Shown here piece by piece: positions 1 through 13,082 of a stretch of 64,000 bases of DNA (positions are counted from its first letter, which is position 1; each line of letters starts with the position of its first letter). The stretch is from contig OZ210885.1 in the NCBI GenBank assembly GCA_964658305.1, positions 4,402,001 to 4,466,000 on the forward strand, written 5' to 3'. Below the pieces are notes generated by a model. The model had not been told where the DNA came from. It made no database searches and worked only from the letters and a program-made list of their open reading frames with translations. This DNA comes from Leptogorgia sarmentosa (taxonomy: Eukaryota). Made by a program: the position numbers and the translations under genes.

Positions 1-1369
1 TTTGCCAAAACACCTTCTTTGTGACTGGAACAAGTCAAAGACGTCGAAGGATAAGCCTAGCACCAATTTACCAGTCTCTTGGTGAAGCTAAAGCATCTGC
101 TCTTCCTGGTCTACATGCAATGAGTGGAGCAGATAATACTGGAAGCTTTTCTGGAAAAGGAAAGTTGGCAAATTGGAAAGTCTTCAACAAAGGTGACCAG
201 GATATTCTGGCTGCATTCACAAATCTTGGAGTAAGAGAGCAGCCTGACCAAGCCACAACTGATGGAATTGAAAAGTTTGTCTGCCAGCTATACCAGCCAT
301 CTACTAACATTTGCGAGGTTAATGAGTTGAGGTGGTCCTTGTTCAAGAAGAAGCAGGCGCAATCAGAGAGACTTCCACCAACTCGAGGTGCTTTACGCCA
401 AGCCATTCTCCGTGCTCATTATCAATGCATGATTTGGAACAGTGATACAATTGCCAACCCAAGTATACCATCACCAGAAAACTATGGCTGGAAGAAAGAC
501 AACGATGAATGGCTGCCTGTTATGACTACTATTCCACCAGCTCCCGAGGCAATAATCGAGATGGTGAAATGTGGCTGTGAAAAACAAAGATGCTCAACCA
601 ATCGATGCCAGTGTCGAAAAGCAGGGCTACGATGCACTGAGCTTTGCACTTGTTCCAACGATGATGACAACTGTGAAAATTCTTCACATGAAGATGACTG
701 TAACAACGATGATGATGATGGCTGTACTGATGAAAGTGATGACAGCTACGATGATACAAGTGATGACGACGGTAATATCTAAGCCTTTGAACTTTTAAGT
801 AAAATAAAGTGTACATTACTACTTAATTGTCATGAGATGATATTTGTAAGTTCTATCAAAGTAATTTGAAACTGTAAAATATGACGTTTTTATGTCTTTG
901 GAAGCAGGATTATGATATAACTTCATAAAATTTTACATCTTTTGATCTATAAGAGTCTAGACAAAGTTTTAGTATCATGATCACTAACTTATCATGTAAT
1001 ATGTATGAAAAAAGATGATAAAAGAGCTTATAATACATTGGCCTCGTTTTCATGTGTTATGTCACGTGATCACGTGATTCTGCTACATATTTGTGAAATA
1101 ATCATAATTATTACTAAACAGATGACATTTATGCTATTTTGCAATACAATATGTAAGTAACGTGAGCAATAAAGTGAGCTCAAGATCCAGCCTCGTTTCC
1201 ATGCTGATATTTCATATGGTGTTATTTAAACCCCCCTAAATTGGGTCGGTGCGGTCTACAAAGTTGCCGACAACTTTTTTCATGTTCAGTAAGGTCCCCT
1301 CAACATATCTAGACCAGTGGCTTGCTTTAAGCACAAATTTCCCACGGGATTACACTTGCTCCCTGACTA
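1..1369 (+). mobile_element. 3' part of an Academ (AcademX-like) DNA transposon
   Basis: Contains the ORF at 21-782. Ends in ...CTTGCTCCCTGACTA (1369), consistent with the TAG...CTA termini of Academ elements. Confidence 0.6.
21..782 (+). CDS. C-terminus of an Academ-type protein: XPG/H3TH-like nuclease region, Cys-rich zinc finger and acidic tail (5'-truncated by the window edge)
   Basis: Motifs LPGLHAMSGADNTGSF, LPPTRGALRQAILRAHYQCMIW, YGW and CGC-x4-C-x4-CxC-x5-C-x3-CxC. Confidence 0.65.
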   Translation: MTGTSQRRRRISLAPIYQSLGEAKASALPGLHAMSGADNTGSFSGKGKLANWKVFNKGDQDILAAFTNLGVREQPDQATTDGIEKFVCQLYQPSTNICEVNELRWSLFKKKQAQSERLPPTRGALRQAILRAHYQCMIWNSDTIANPSIPSPENYGWKKDNDEWLPVMTTIPPAPEAIIEMVKCGCEKQRCSTNRCQCRKAGLRCTELCTCSNDDDNCENSSHEDDCNNDDDDGCTDESDDSYDDTSDDDGNI

Positions 1370-2969
1370 TTACCTGTGACACAGTTATTGCAAGGGAAAT
1401 GTATAGACATAATGGATGGCACACACTTAATAAATAGTTTAAAGGTAGGTTACAGTCCCTTTTGCACATGTGCTAAAAGATTGATATGAGGAGCCACCTC
1501 AAATTACAACAATAACATGTTTCCAGTCCTTTTAATGTATTATATGCGCTTACGTCGGCCATTGTCTTGGAATGATGGGTGATTCCGGCGCATCAACTTC
1601 ATGCCAGAATCCTTCTAGCAAAATAAGCTGTAGCAGATCTGAGGCTAGAAAGCAGTACAAGAGTAAAAGAGACGCATCAAGAGTCGTTTTATTTGATGCT
1701 TTTGAGAAATGGAGAGAATTTAGAGAAGAACATGGCCTCAAAACCGACCAAAATGTTGCAGAGTTTCTTCTAAATTTTTATGCCACGAGGAACACGTTTA
1801 GGTAAGCAATCAAGTAACTAGACCTGTAGGCTTTGTCTTTTATGATTTTAATTTCTCATGCGCTTTGTCTTGTATATTATGTGATCATTGTAGCAATGCA
1901 GAAACACAGACAGATGGAGGAATAACAATGTGGCCATTGTCTGGAGAACAATCGACCCCATTGTCAAACAGAAGCCGCTCAAAAAGCAATGTCTGTTCAC
2001 CAGCATCAGGTATCACTCAAATGCTTACGTTTTCTGTTTTATCTCATTTTATTTTTATGAATATATGCAATAAATTTTATTTATTATTAATTCTTCTGCA
2101 GTGGCAAGCTCGGCCTCCCGACATAGTATGACTCTGCGATCAAGTCAACGAACATTAGAAATGAGGTTTGTTTAGCATATAGTCGTCCTCTATTTTACAT
2201 TTTTTGCTTACAAAACCATAATTTATGCATCATTTGTTTTGGTATATTATTCAGATCAAATGAAGTTACATTTGATTCAACTTTGACTGCCAGTGAAGGA
2301 GAAATATTGAATCCGCTGTCGCCAAGGTAGTGGACAATTTGCAACTGTACTATCAAAGTTTTATGACAATTCCATATGATTTATGTAAATAATGTAACGT
2401 TCTCCTTTGAATCGTACGTAGGGATGTCTTCCACCCCATTACTATCAACTCGACGAAGATTGATTGAGTCACAACAGGACAGTATTACATTGTCTCCAAG
2501 TTCGAGGTTTGTGTTTCATTGTCTAATGTGTCAAATTACTGTGTCAAAATATCAACTCCACGTGTTACAATTTTATCTTTCTGTGACAAGACTTTGTGGC
2601 ATTGATTTTGTAGGAAAATCAATAGTTTATTAGTGTAGTATATATGTGATTTATTATGATATTTTATATTATATTTATGGTTTTATGAGATTTGATGAGG
2701 AGATCTTGTCTGCCGAACGTGGAGAAAGTGATGATGACGTTTCCTCTGAACCAACTCTCCAACAGCTTCCTCAGTAAGTGTCACTGTCTTTAAATCATAT
2801 CAAGACATAATTCTAAAAACTCTGTGGTGATTTGGTGAACTGCAATTTTGTCAGTGTTTTGGTTTCTGGCATTTTGAGCAAAAGCTATTAACCAGGGGCC
2901 TTCTATAAAAGGTCAGCAACCAAAACACATTGAAGAACATAGCGACTGTCATAGATGATCAAATATACC

Positions 2970-4280
2970 AACTAGGGATCCAAGGATAGTGCAAAGTTTC
3001 TAAGGTCTAGGTCGAACGTCGAACTTTTCATGCGCTGAACCTAATGCAAATGAGCTCAAACAAAGAACTTGGCTCATTAACATTAGGTTCGGCACATGAA
3101 AAGTTCGACGTTTGACCTAGGCCTTAGAAGGCATTAAAATCATATTTTTTAAAAGAGAACTAAGGAAACATTGTTGACGTGATACGAGAAAATAATCACT
3201 ATTTTATTTTCTGGAAGCAACTGCCATCGCAGCAGCGCGCGTGTAATGCAAATCAGATAAATCTCTGACCTCTGACCTTTTTGAAATTATATACACAACG
3301 TACTGAACAAATGATCTTAAATGAGTTAAATCACAATGTGGCACGCTACTTCTGCGTCTTAATAAAATATCCAGTTTATTCACAGTATCAGCCAACGTTA
3401 AATTTACTTTTGTATGCCTATATGTGGTTTAGTTCTTTTAGTATCGAAAATTCTGTAAATCCCCAGTATTTTCGGGCAAACAAACAGCCCAAGCTCAGTG
3501 ATGCCGTCGACCAGTGTTGTCGAGTCGGAGACGGCAAAAACAAACACGAAAGCTATAAATGCGAAAGCTCGTAAATATGTTGCTATCATCAACCAATTTA
3601 AAATATGTGACGAGTTCTACTGTGTTAAACATCTTAGCTTGCCCGCAATGTCGGCCAACTAAATTTTTAAGATAAATACGCACGGCGGCTGTTAACAGTA
3701 CTAAATTGTCCATGACAAATACAAGTTTTCTACTGATAATGATAAATTCAAATCTCTAGATTCATTGCTGATATATAAAGAACATTTTAACTGCTTTATA
3801 ACGCATTCAAACATGTTGGCCACATTATATTATCATCATATATTCATACTCAATTACTGATTCACGGCCCGACTCTTAGCGTCCGCCATATTGTGTAATT
3901 TCATTCCCCAGAAGTGCCGAGTTGCAATTTTTGCAAAAACTGAAATTCCGGAGGGGCGTCCGCCATTGTGTACTGTATTTCTGCGCTTCTTTGATCACAT
4001 TTCACATCTAACAAACTTTCATATCAATGAGAACAACTGCAAATAATGATGAGCAACGATATATAACTGCAATCGAATAATTTCTGTTCAAACATTCCAA
4101 GGATATCAGTCAACTACGGAGTTTCGCATGTCAGGAGAATTTGGGACGCTCCCCCCGGAGTTTACACTATGAATGACTGAATGACTACATGACTACATGA
4201 CTACATGACTACATGACTGATGTGAATTTTCGCCACTCATCACAATACTGCAAAGTTTCTTTGAAACTTTGCACTAAAAA
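2970..4280 (-). mobile_element. Non-autonomous Helentron-associated (HINE/DINE-1-like) element, copy 1, inside a Kolobok intron
   Basis: Sub-terminal IR TAGTGCAAAGTTTC (2987) / GAAACTTTGCACTA (4263). Palindromic end TGCAAAGTTTC-TTT-GAAACTTTGCA, (ATGACTAC)n microsatellite, A/T-run termini and no TSD. Homologous to 13587-14864 and 24130-25308. Confidence 0.65.
3004..3123. mobile_element. 120-bp palindromic MITE (Harbinger/Tourist-like)
   Basis: GGTCTAGGTCGAACGTCGAACTTTTCATG...CATGAAAAGTTCGACGTTTGACCTAGGCC, flanked by TAA/TTA. Confidence 0.75.
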
Positions 4281-7070
4281 CAATTAGGTAAACATTATGT
4301 TTTTGCCATGCACATAATACAGAATTAATGCCATTTTAGACTACATGTTGCTTTTGAAGAATCCTGTGATGACGTGTTAAACATCACCATGAATGGGCAT
4401 GATGGACATGAACCTTATGATGGAAGTGGAAGCAACACAGCAGGAAAATACATTTCTTCTGTGAAGGATGTTACCCCACAAGAAGCCATAAGTATGGAAA
4501 AGTGTATTGTATATACAGACATTCTTATGGCATTGATCAAATCGGTGCATGGCAGTGTTTGTGGAAGAGTAGATTGTGGTCGTCCATTGACCTATAGAAA
4601 GACATATGTGGGAACATGCCTGGTGGTAACCTGGAACTGTCCATCTGGACATGTTGGTGGAAGATGGGCAGCTCAACCATCCTGCAATAACATTAGAGCA
4701 GGAAACTTAACTCTTGCTTCTGCTTTACTGTTGTCTGGGAACTCATACACCAAGGTGGGGTTGATGTTTAACTTCTGTAATTTGCAGTATTTTTCATCTA
4801 CTCTTTTCAATCAATATCAGCAGTTATACATCATCCCTGCTGTAAATGAGTTCTGGGAACAACATAAACAGGAAATATTAAACAAGTATTAGGAACATAA
4901 ACATTTGGGAGGATAGGCGAGGAAAGTCAGTTGTGTTGAGTGGTGATGGTAGGAACGACTCACCTCGACACTCAGCACAGTACTGCACTTATAGCCTGGC
5001 AGACATTGAGGATAAGACCATCCTACAAATGAACGTTGTGGATGTAAGGGAGGTTGCAGGGAAGAGCAACAATATGGAGCGAGTTGGGTTTGAACAGAGC
5101 TTGGATATGTTGCTCGCATCACAGATGGATGTAAAAGAGGTTGTCACAGATGGTCACCTTGAAATTGCAGCATTAATGAGTAAGTGTATAAATATGAAAC
5201 ATGTCAGGTTTTTAACTCATTTACTTGTAATACCCAAGCACCGTTGCCCAACCTTAAGATGCTGATTTAGAATTGCATTTAGAATGGTTCTCTTATCAGG
5301 TAATGGGATTAAGAAAATCATATCTTATCTAATTATTGACAACATGCATCATATAATTAGATTCTTTTTTATGATATAGAAAGAGAAGAAAAGTACCAGA
5401 ATGTTGTGCACCAGAATGATGTATGGCATGGGGGGGAAAAGCCTGGCCAAGAAAGTCAATGCTGTAAGTATTTGCAATCAAATGTGCTGCTCTATTGCAA
5501 ACAGTGTTGTGACTGTTGTCACACATTATTATATTTTTTACGTTGTATGTAGGCAGCAAAAGCAAAGGGCAATGACGATTTAATGCTGTGGGCACCGTCT
5601 GTCAGAAATCATTTCTGGTACTGCTCCAAAACCTGTGGTAATGATGTGAAAACTCTTAAGGCAAGAAATAACAATTATGCATATATACTTAAAATACCTA
5701 CTATAACTGATTGTGATTGTATATTATTGTAGTGACAACTGCAAGTGTTGTCAGGCACAATTTTCACTATTTTTTTCTAACAGTAAGAACTCTCTCATTG
5801 TTTTAATAGGATAAATGGGTAGGGATCTTGCATCATGTTGTTAATGAGCATGAATGGGTGTTGGAGGAAGGTGTAAATGCAGGGAAATGTTCACATGATC
5901 CCTTGACAGAAGAGGTATTTTAAATAGTCATAATTACCCAACCATTTAGAACAGTTACATAATTTTGTTTATACCATGAAGACATTTCATAATATATTTC
6001 ATATCTCATTTGAAATCTTAGCCTTTGTTGAAATTTTTTACAGCATGTCACAGATTGTTTACAGCATGACAAAAGACAACTTTCAAGTTTCAATCTATTT
6101 ACCTAGGAACGAAGATAACCATGGCTGAAGAAAGAGTCTCCAGCACACAGGGCACTCACTAAGATTGTGTTGGATACTCGTTTTCTTAACAGGCTAGGAT
6201 ACTACATTAACTTCAGGTACTTTTGTTGGTTTGACTGCATTGAATATTTTCTCTATGGCATACAGGTTACTGATAGCCTGAGGTGTCAGTATATCAACAC
6301 CTTTTTTATTCTCACTGCCATCTAATGACTGTTTTATTTTCTGAATTCATAGACATACTGGCTTTCTGGAGTCTTTTCATAACATCATTTTGATGTATGC
6401 TCCAAAGCGCTATGCCTACTCGTAAGTACATTACTTAAGCATATATGTTTTTTATGTTCATTGAACCTATTATATAAACCAGACATGCCAAATTGATACT
6501 TGAATACTGGTAGTATGTCAGATATCAGGTGATTTTAATGAAAGAACACTGCCAAGTAGTCAACTAATTTGTTCAATCTAACTGTAATATAGGGTTATCA
6601 GGTTGTAATGACAATCCTTTTTACCTGCAGATTTCCTGTATATCGTGCCAGAAACCAATTGGCAGCACTAGATCACAACCATCACAAATGTAGAGCACAT
6701 GCAACTACGGCTGATGGTCAACCAAGGTAATGTTTTACACTGTGATTGTACATCATTTGTGCAATTCCATTCCATGTCATTTACATATAAATTATTTCGT
6801 AAAATTGAAATTACAGCTAAAATCTGTTTTAGGTTTGGACGGAAGTTCAGTAAACGAACCCAGCGATGGTGTCATGTTCGTGTTCTGGAGCCAAAATCAT
6901 ATACACATATGTTGAAAGTGTTTGAGAAAAGGATAAGTTCTGTGGGAAATATCAATGCAAGAATTGGATTGTCGAGCGAAGATCCCAGAATGATTTCTCC
7001 CAACATTGCTGCTATTCATCCCCCTGCAGTACAAACACTTGTTGAAATCCACCAATCAAGGTTTTAATCA

Positions 7071-7260
7071 GCCAGAATCACTTCGGGTAGATGGAGCTCG
7101 TAAGGCCTGGTAGGCAGTCCATCTAGGAGAAGGAAAACTCTGATTCTAAACCCCCAGACCCCACTTTTAGGTCAGGCTGTCCATGTTGGATTAGGGTTAG
7201 GCTCATAAGCCCCATTTGCTACGGGAGGAGAAAGTGGAAGAATGGTGCGAAAAATTGGAT
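7071..7260 (+). repeat. Short structured repeat resembling a 5' UTR fragment of an RTE-type LINE
   Basis: Motif GGCAGTCCATCTAGGAGAAGGAAAACTCTGATTCTAAACC with nested stems. The family assignment is from recall only. Confidence 0.35.
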
Positions 7261-10200
7261 ACTGAGTCATTTTATTAATTAGTACATATATACTGCAAAT
7301 TTCAAGTCATCATTTTGTAGTTAAGCCCAATAAACCAATTACATTGCAAAACTAGACCTAGACATTTACATCAAGACGTACAAGAACGTGTATTGTAGGA
7401 GCTAAGAATGACGACAGAAAACAATAACACGGGTAACGTACGATCTTGGTCGAGGCGGCTTATCCATTGTACGGCCAACCAACATTAACCTCCAAATGTT
7501 CATCATCCCGAATGACTTTTATATGTCGTCGCTGTATATATACTGTGTATAACCCATCCATCCATCCCTTACTTATTGAATGCATGTTTTGTTTTTTAGA
7601 GATTTATTCAACAATTTTCGAGCAACATAAGACAGGTGGTCGCGAGTATTCATATTCCCCAAAAGCAAAGGGAAAATATATTGAATATGCGAATGAATTG
7701 TCCGACAAGATGAACAAAAGGTGGGAGGAGGACAGCATTTGCACAGATAACTTATTGAAAGATAAGAATTTTATCAGGTAAACATTGCTTCATTTCAGTT
7801 TGGAAGAAGAATTAACACACATTTCCCATTTTGGCGACCGACCTTCAGAATAAACTAAAACTTGCGAGTTATAACATCGGTGAATGTCTACTGAAATTAG
7901 TTGTTCGCCGTTTCATAGGCTTACGTGTGTCCTCCACATATTGTTAACCATAATGGGACATTACATTTGCGATGAAAATGTCCACGAGCTGTGCGAAATA
8001 AGCGAACAAACTCCAACTGGGATCCTCGATATAGCAGAGGGGATCATGCAGTATTTCGCAGATCAAAGAAAAGCGTTTCTAACAGTAAGTTTAATGCTTC
8101 ATGAAAATTTCTACGGACTCTTGATTTTCTTACAAATTACCTGACAGCGTATTATAATGACAGTCATTTTTTCTAATATCATCAGTCACTCAATGCCACG
8201 AATAAAGCCAAGGAACAGATGATGCCGTCTGTACAGGAACCAATGCAAGAGAAGACAGCCAACGAAGTGCTGGAAGAATTTGGACAATCGTTCGCAGATA
8301 GCTTCACCTCTTGTCACCTCTTGATCTAAAACAATTGCAAGCTCTATGCCTTTCAAATGAGTTTCAGGTATTTCTGATCCAGACTGCTTTCGTTAAATCC
8401 TATAACCTTGCAGTGTTGGTCTACTGCCTTAAATACTGTACGCTTAAAATTATTTGCCACTACAATGTGAAATATCAGATTAGAGGGGCAGTTATTCAAC
8501 AGAGGGAAATGCTTAAAAGAAATTAGGTTTAATGCTACATAAAGACATAATACACAGCTCATACACATCCTTGAATTTTTTTACTTTCAAATATAAGGAA
8601 AAATTTAACTGTTGATTTTAAAGGTGTAACCCACCATAAGAGAAACATAATAACTACAATTATACTAATCCTATAGTAAACAATGTTTTCTTTGAATAAA
8701 TGTTTTCACCTCCAGAAAAATTACTGAATACTGGTTAATAGGGTACAGTAAATAGGGTTGCAACTTTTAAAGTTTTAACTACCAAAGGTGAAAGGTGCAT
8801 TCAAAACTCCATCAAGATTTAATACGTAAATTTTTAAAAAAATTCAAACAAAAACGTTAAAATGTGAAATGGAGCAATTAATTAATGAGACATTAATTAC
8901 GATATAATGTGTTATATAGTATTAGATGTACTACTTGTGTTATGTATCACCCAATTGAGTATTGTTATTGTATTTTAGCATAATCACACAGCCTTTTGAA
9001 AAGCAGCATTCTATTTTTACCTTATTGTTGCATGCCTATTTACATAGTATTGGTGAAGTTGATGTGTTTTACTCCGCATTGTTCACGGGTGTATAAAATC
9101 GCAATTAACATAGTCCTGTAGTCCCATAGACCAATTCAGTTTGACAACCATCCTTAAAAATCCGTTTTCCAAGTAAATTTTCCCAATAACAACTGTGCAT
9201 GGAAATTGTGCATGATAGTTTTATAATTAGGTAGTTTTTAATGTTAACCACTTAATGTAATTTCTTAATAGTTTTCCAAACACGACAGCAAGACGACCAT
9301 CTCTCGTTGACTTCAAACGAAGAAATTGTTGCTTCGAGTGAGGACAAAGTGGACAATTGAAGCATATTGGAGTTATTTTACTAATACTATACACACTCGT
9401 AGTGTTATTTTTGCAGTTAATTGGAGTGATATTTTAAAAATCTATACTTATGTAATATTTTAGTTCATAATTTTTGATGAAAATCGACTAGATCAGATGC
9501 AGCGAGAACTTCATCCAATCACTATTTTGAAAGCACTCGCAGCGAGCTTGCAAGTTGGCCTTTGCGATGACTACAAAACTTTTTCAAGTCAGCTGATATA
9601 CTTTTAAAACTATTGTGGAGAAAATATTCATGGAACCTCATTATATGGTGTACTACCGGCCTATGAGACCTAGCGACGTCCTTGCTTTGATGCAACTTGT
9701 TTTCCATGCCCAAAACCATTATGCATAGTGTTATATAGGGCTCGTGCAATATGACGTAACACAACAACTGGTGACATCCATATGTATTTCCAAGAGCGTA
9801 TACAAACCAAACCTTCCTTGCTTCTAAGCAATGTTTGCCTAAATTGGCCGCAGATGCTAGGAAATACGGCAAATACACATATTTGTGACATCAGGGATAG
9901 TTAGTTATACCCTGACATTATTTCATTTAAACCGTTGACTAATGGTTTTCCTCATGTTTTGAAAACGGATGCTTCAAATGACGAATCGCAAAAACGCAGT
10001 TCAAGTTGCAAAAATAGTTGTAAAGAAGGTATGCATGTTAGTCACATTTAAAATCTAACTTGTTATTAGCAATCTAGCTGGTGGGTTTCTCTACATGTCG
10101 GTCGAGGGTTTCAACACTGTTCAATAAATCAGCGAGGTTAACAATAATGATATCCCAATGACATAATATTTGGTGGCAACATATTATAAATAGTTGCTCT

Positions 10201-10309
10201 GTTATACTTAAATCCATTTGTAGTTATTTATAGCTTAAAGTTCAGTACCCACAGGTTCATATTAGTGGAGCTTAAATTACATTTAATTACTGAATAGATT
10301 TCCTAGCAA

Positions 10310-10785
10310 GTCTGGGAAGATTTTTAAACTTTTTTCTGAACCTTTAGTGCAATGGAATAATTCAGTATTTACTTTCAGGAAGCATGCAGGTCATGGGACT
10401 GGGGCAGAAATGGGTTACATGCTTCTGCCTTTCCCATTCTTGAAGCTTTACTTCCTCAGATTTCTGGGGCTGCCAAGTCAATTAATGTCACTTTAGATAC
10501 TACACTACAAGAAATAGAAAACAACAGACAAAAACTGGCTCCTATTGTCGACACTGTAATTTTATGTGGTCGTCGAGGTCTCCCTTTGAGGGGGCATCGT
10601 GATGACTGTCAGTACCATCCAGAGATTGGTGCCTACTCCACTGGGCAAGTGGGCAACTTTATTGATATTTTGAATTATGGTGTTTGTCGTGGGGATAAAG
10701 TTCTGGAGGAATATTTGAAAACATATATTTCCAAAACCAGCCAAAACAAAATTATTGATTGCTGTGGTAAAATTATTACAGAACT
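10310..10785 (+). pseudogene. hAT transposase fragment (PRKRIR/THAP12-like, DUF4371 region)
   Basis: ENNRQKLAPIVDTVILCGRRGLPLRGHRDD...GNFIDIL...TYISKTSQNKIIDCC. Confidence 0.7.
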
Positions 10786-10799
10786 CTACAAGTCTACAA

Positions 10800-13048
10800 A
10801 TACAGTTAGAAATGGAGAGCCAAATCGAAGTTCGTCGTCAGCGTCTTGTAGAAAACCTACAAGAAGCAATGCCAAATCGGTTCGCCTTCAGAAAAATATA
10901 CAGCGTGAAGTGAAAAAGCGAAACCCCGATATGGGGAAAATTTTAAACTGGCAGAAGAGATCTGCAAGACACGTTAATAAGGGTCTTCGTTACATGAACT
11001 CCTTCGATGTGCTACGCAAGAAAAACCACGAGGAGACCAAGATTTTGTTTAACATCGAAAAGGTACGTTTTCCTTGTTTTTATTTTAATTGTACATTATT
11101 ATGTGAATTACCTATTGCTATAGCTATAAAAATTGATTGTTGTAATACAACATAATTTTATGTGTTAAGGTTTTCGGAGCGTTTCGTGAAGAAATTTGAT
11201 GCAACTTCATGTGTATTTCAACCGTCAATGAATAATTCAATACATGAGAACATGAACAATATTAAATTAAGGAACATTATAAGCGAATTGTCGACGCTTT
11301 TTACGGATGCTATAGAGCAGGTAAATATCGTTTTGTTTAATGAATCAAGGCTTGCTTTATCCTAAATAAATAAACTTTTAATGTATGTGGAAAAATGTCA
11401 AATTACATGATGATGATCATGTATGTTTTAATGTGTATCTTTTCTGTTTATAGTGAAGAAACAGTGTGACAGTGTGAATTTTATTCATCTCTTAAAGACA
11501 GGATTCGGGTCATGGTTCGCTCTAGTGCTCTGAAAGCACCCATTAGCACTCGACTTCTCCCTTCCATTCAGATGACATCGAACAAAGTCCTTGGTGAAAT
11601 AACTAAAGTTCTTCAAAGTAATGAAGAGATACCTCTAGATCAATCCTTCACTGTCAACATCATTGGAGTTAAAGCACCGACCGGGTCTGGAGCTTGCAAG
11701 GTACTGGATTATGCCAAAGACACTCGTCTTAAAAAATCTATATTACTATAAAAAATAAGTAAAATCTTTGTTGTGGGTGGGCTTTAGCTGTTGGTAAGGC
11801 ATTAGCGGACAGTAACCCCAAGGTTAAACAATTTAAGGATGGTCAACTTATACAAAAAAAAGTAGCTTTAGTATTATACAAATGAGCCAATATCTTGCCT
11901 GGTCATCATGGTCTTGGCAAAATAAGTAAATTTCAGGGGAACCCTACCTGGTTATCGGATAATAGTGATTGATTTTAACACACATAATACGAGTATTTAT
12001 GAAGGCCCACAGGGAAATAAAAAGATTGTACTGAAAAAGAATGGTGACCATTACAATGTTATTAATCCTACGAAACTGCCTGCTTTCCATGGAAAACGGT
12101 TTTTTTTCGACGATTATCATGCACACCAGTGTTCAGATCCATGCCATACTTGCTTGTGCAAGGAATGCCTTTGGCTTTCCTGAAGAAAAACGTACTTGCT
12201 CTGACTGTTTCAAAATTTGTCATTCCACTCAATGTTTCGATCAGCACAAAAAACTTGCAAATCAAAGGGAGTTGATCTTCCTTCAAAATGCGAGTTCTCG
12301 TTTAAATGTCAAACCTGTTCAGTAACTGTTGAACGAAAATGACAAAACGAACATAGATGTGATGAACATGTATGTCATGTATGTAAAGAGTATGTGTTGT
12401 CTGGTCATTTGTGTTACATGCAACCTGAACCTCCTAAAAAACCAAACGACCTACTTATTTTGTACGACTTTGAGACAGACTTTTCTTCTGGTGAACATGT
12501 TGTTAATTTTGCTATTGCACGTGTGTTTACCCTTCTAAGTATCTGAAGGAAAAAACAATTGGTATTATCTCTAAGAATTTATATCGCGAAGGTAATAAAC
12601 CTTATTCAAAATCTTCAATTGAATGGCTCGAAATTTATATCATTTCAAACAAATTCGAAAATTTTACATGGTTTTATGTGAGGAGACAGGTACTGTGTAT
12701 GAGTTTTATGGTTGTGTATATCATGGTTGTCCTTTATGTTTTGATGGAACAAACAATCATCCATTTCACAGTGAACGAAACATGTGTGATGTGTACGAGG
12801 AGACGGTCAGGCTTGAGGAACGGTTGAGGGCTCTTGGTTTCACGGTCAAAACAATTTGGGAACATGACTATAGGAAACTTAGAAAAACTGACGAAATGAA
12901 ACTTTTTCTCGACACATTTGACATTATTACCGACCTAGACCCTCGTGACAGTTTTTTTGGCGGAAGGCTCGGTGGTTATAAACTATTTCGTGAGGTAAAA
13001 TCTGATGAAACAATTCTGTATGTCGATTATATGAGCCTCTATCCTTAA
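10800..13048 (+). pseudogene. Polinton/Maverick (adintovirus-like) protein-primed DNA polymerase B, degraded and 3'-truncated
   Basis: DRIRVMVRSSALKAPIST..KVLQSNEEIPLD..PTGSG; Cys-rich zinc-finger block; exonuclease LYDFET; Vsr-like VYEFYGCVYHGC..IWEH; PRDSFFGGR; motif A YVDYMSLYP. Confidence 0.75.
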
Positions 13049-13082
13049 AAATCCCACGAAAACTAAGCATCGTCAATTCAAA

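Larger units (their letters stand above)
1443..7067 (+). mobile_element. Kolobok DNA transposon with a multi-exon, degraded transposase gene
   Basis: Begins TTAA|AGG (TTAA target, RR terminus). The right end was not found. Confidence 0.6.
1572..7067 (+). pseudogene. Spliced Kolobok-type DDE transposase (more than 12 exons; stop at 4890-4892 and frameshifts)
   Basis: Exon 1 has SRVVLFDAFEKW..GLKTDQNVAEFLL. Later exons give GDGRNDSPxHSAQYCTYS, VVTDGH, NHFWY, HHVVNEHEW, TGFLESFH..YAPKR and ARNQLAALDHN. The exons are flanked by GT-AG introns. Confidence 0.7.

Noticed and set aside
3204..3713. Short ORFs recurring in HINE copies (also near 13938 and 24211-24695)
   Set aside because: Frames are not conserved between copies and no domains are recognisable; this is a non-coding repeat.
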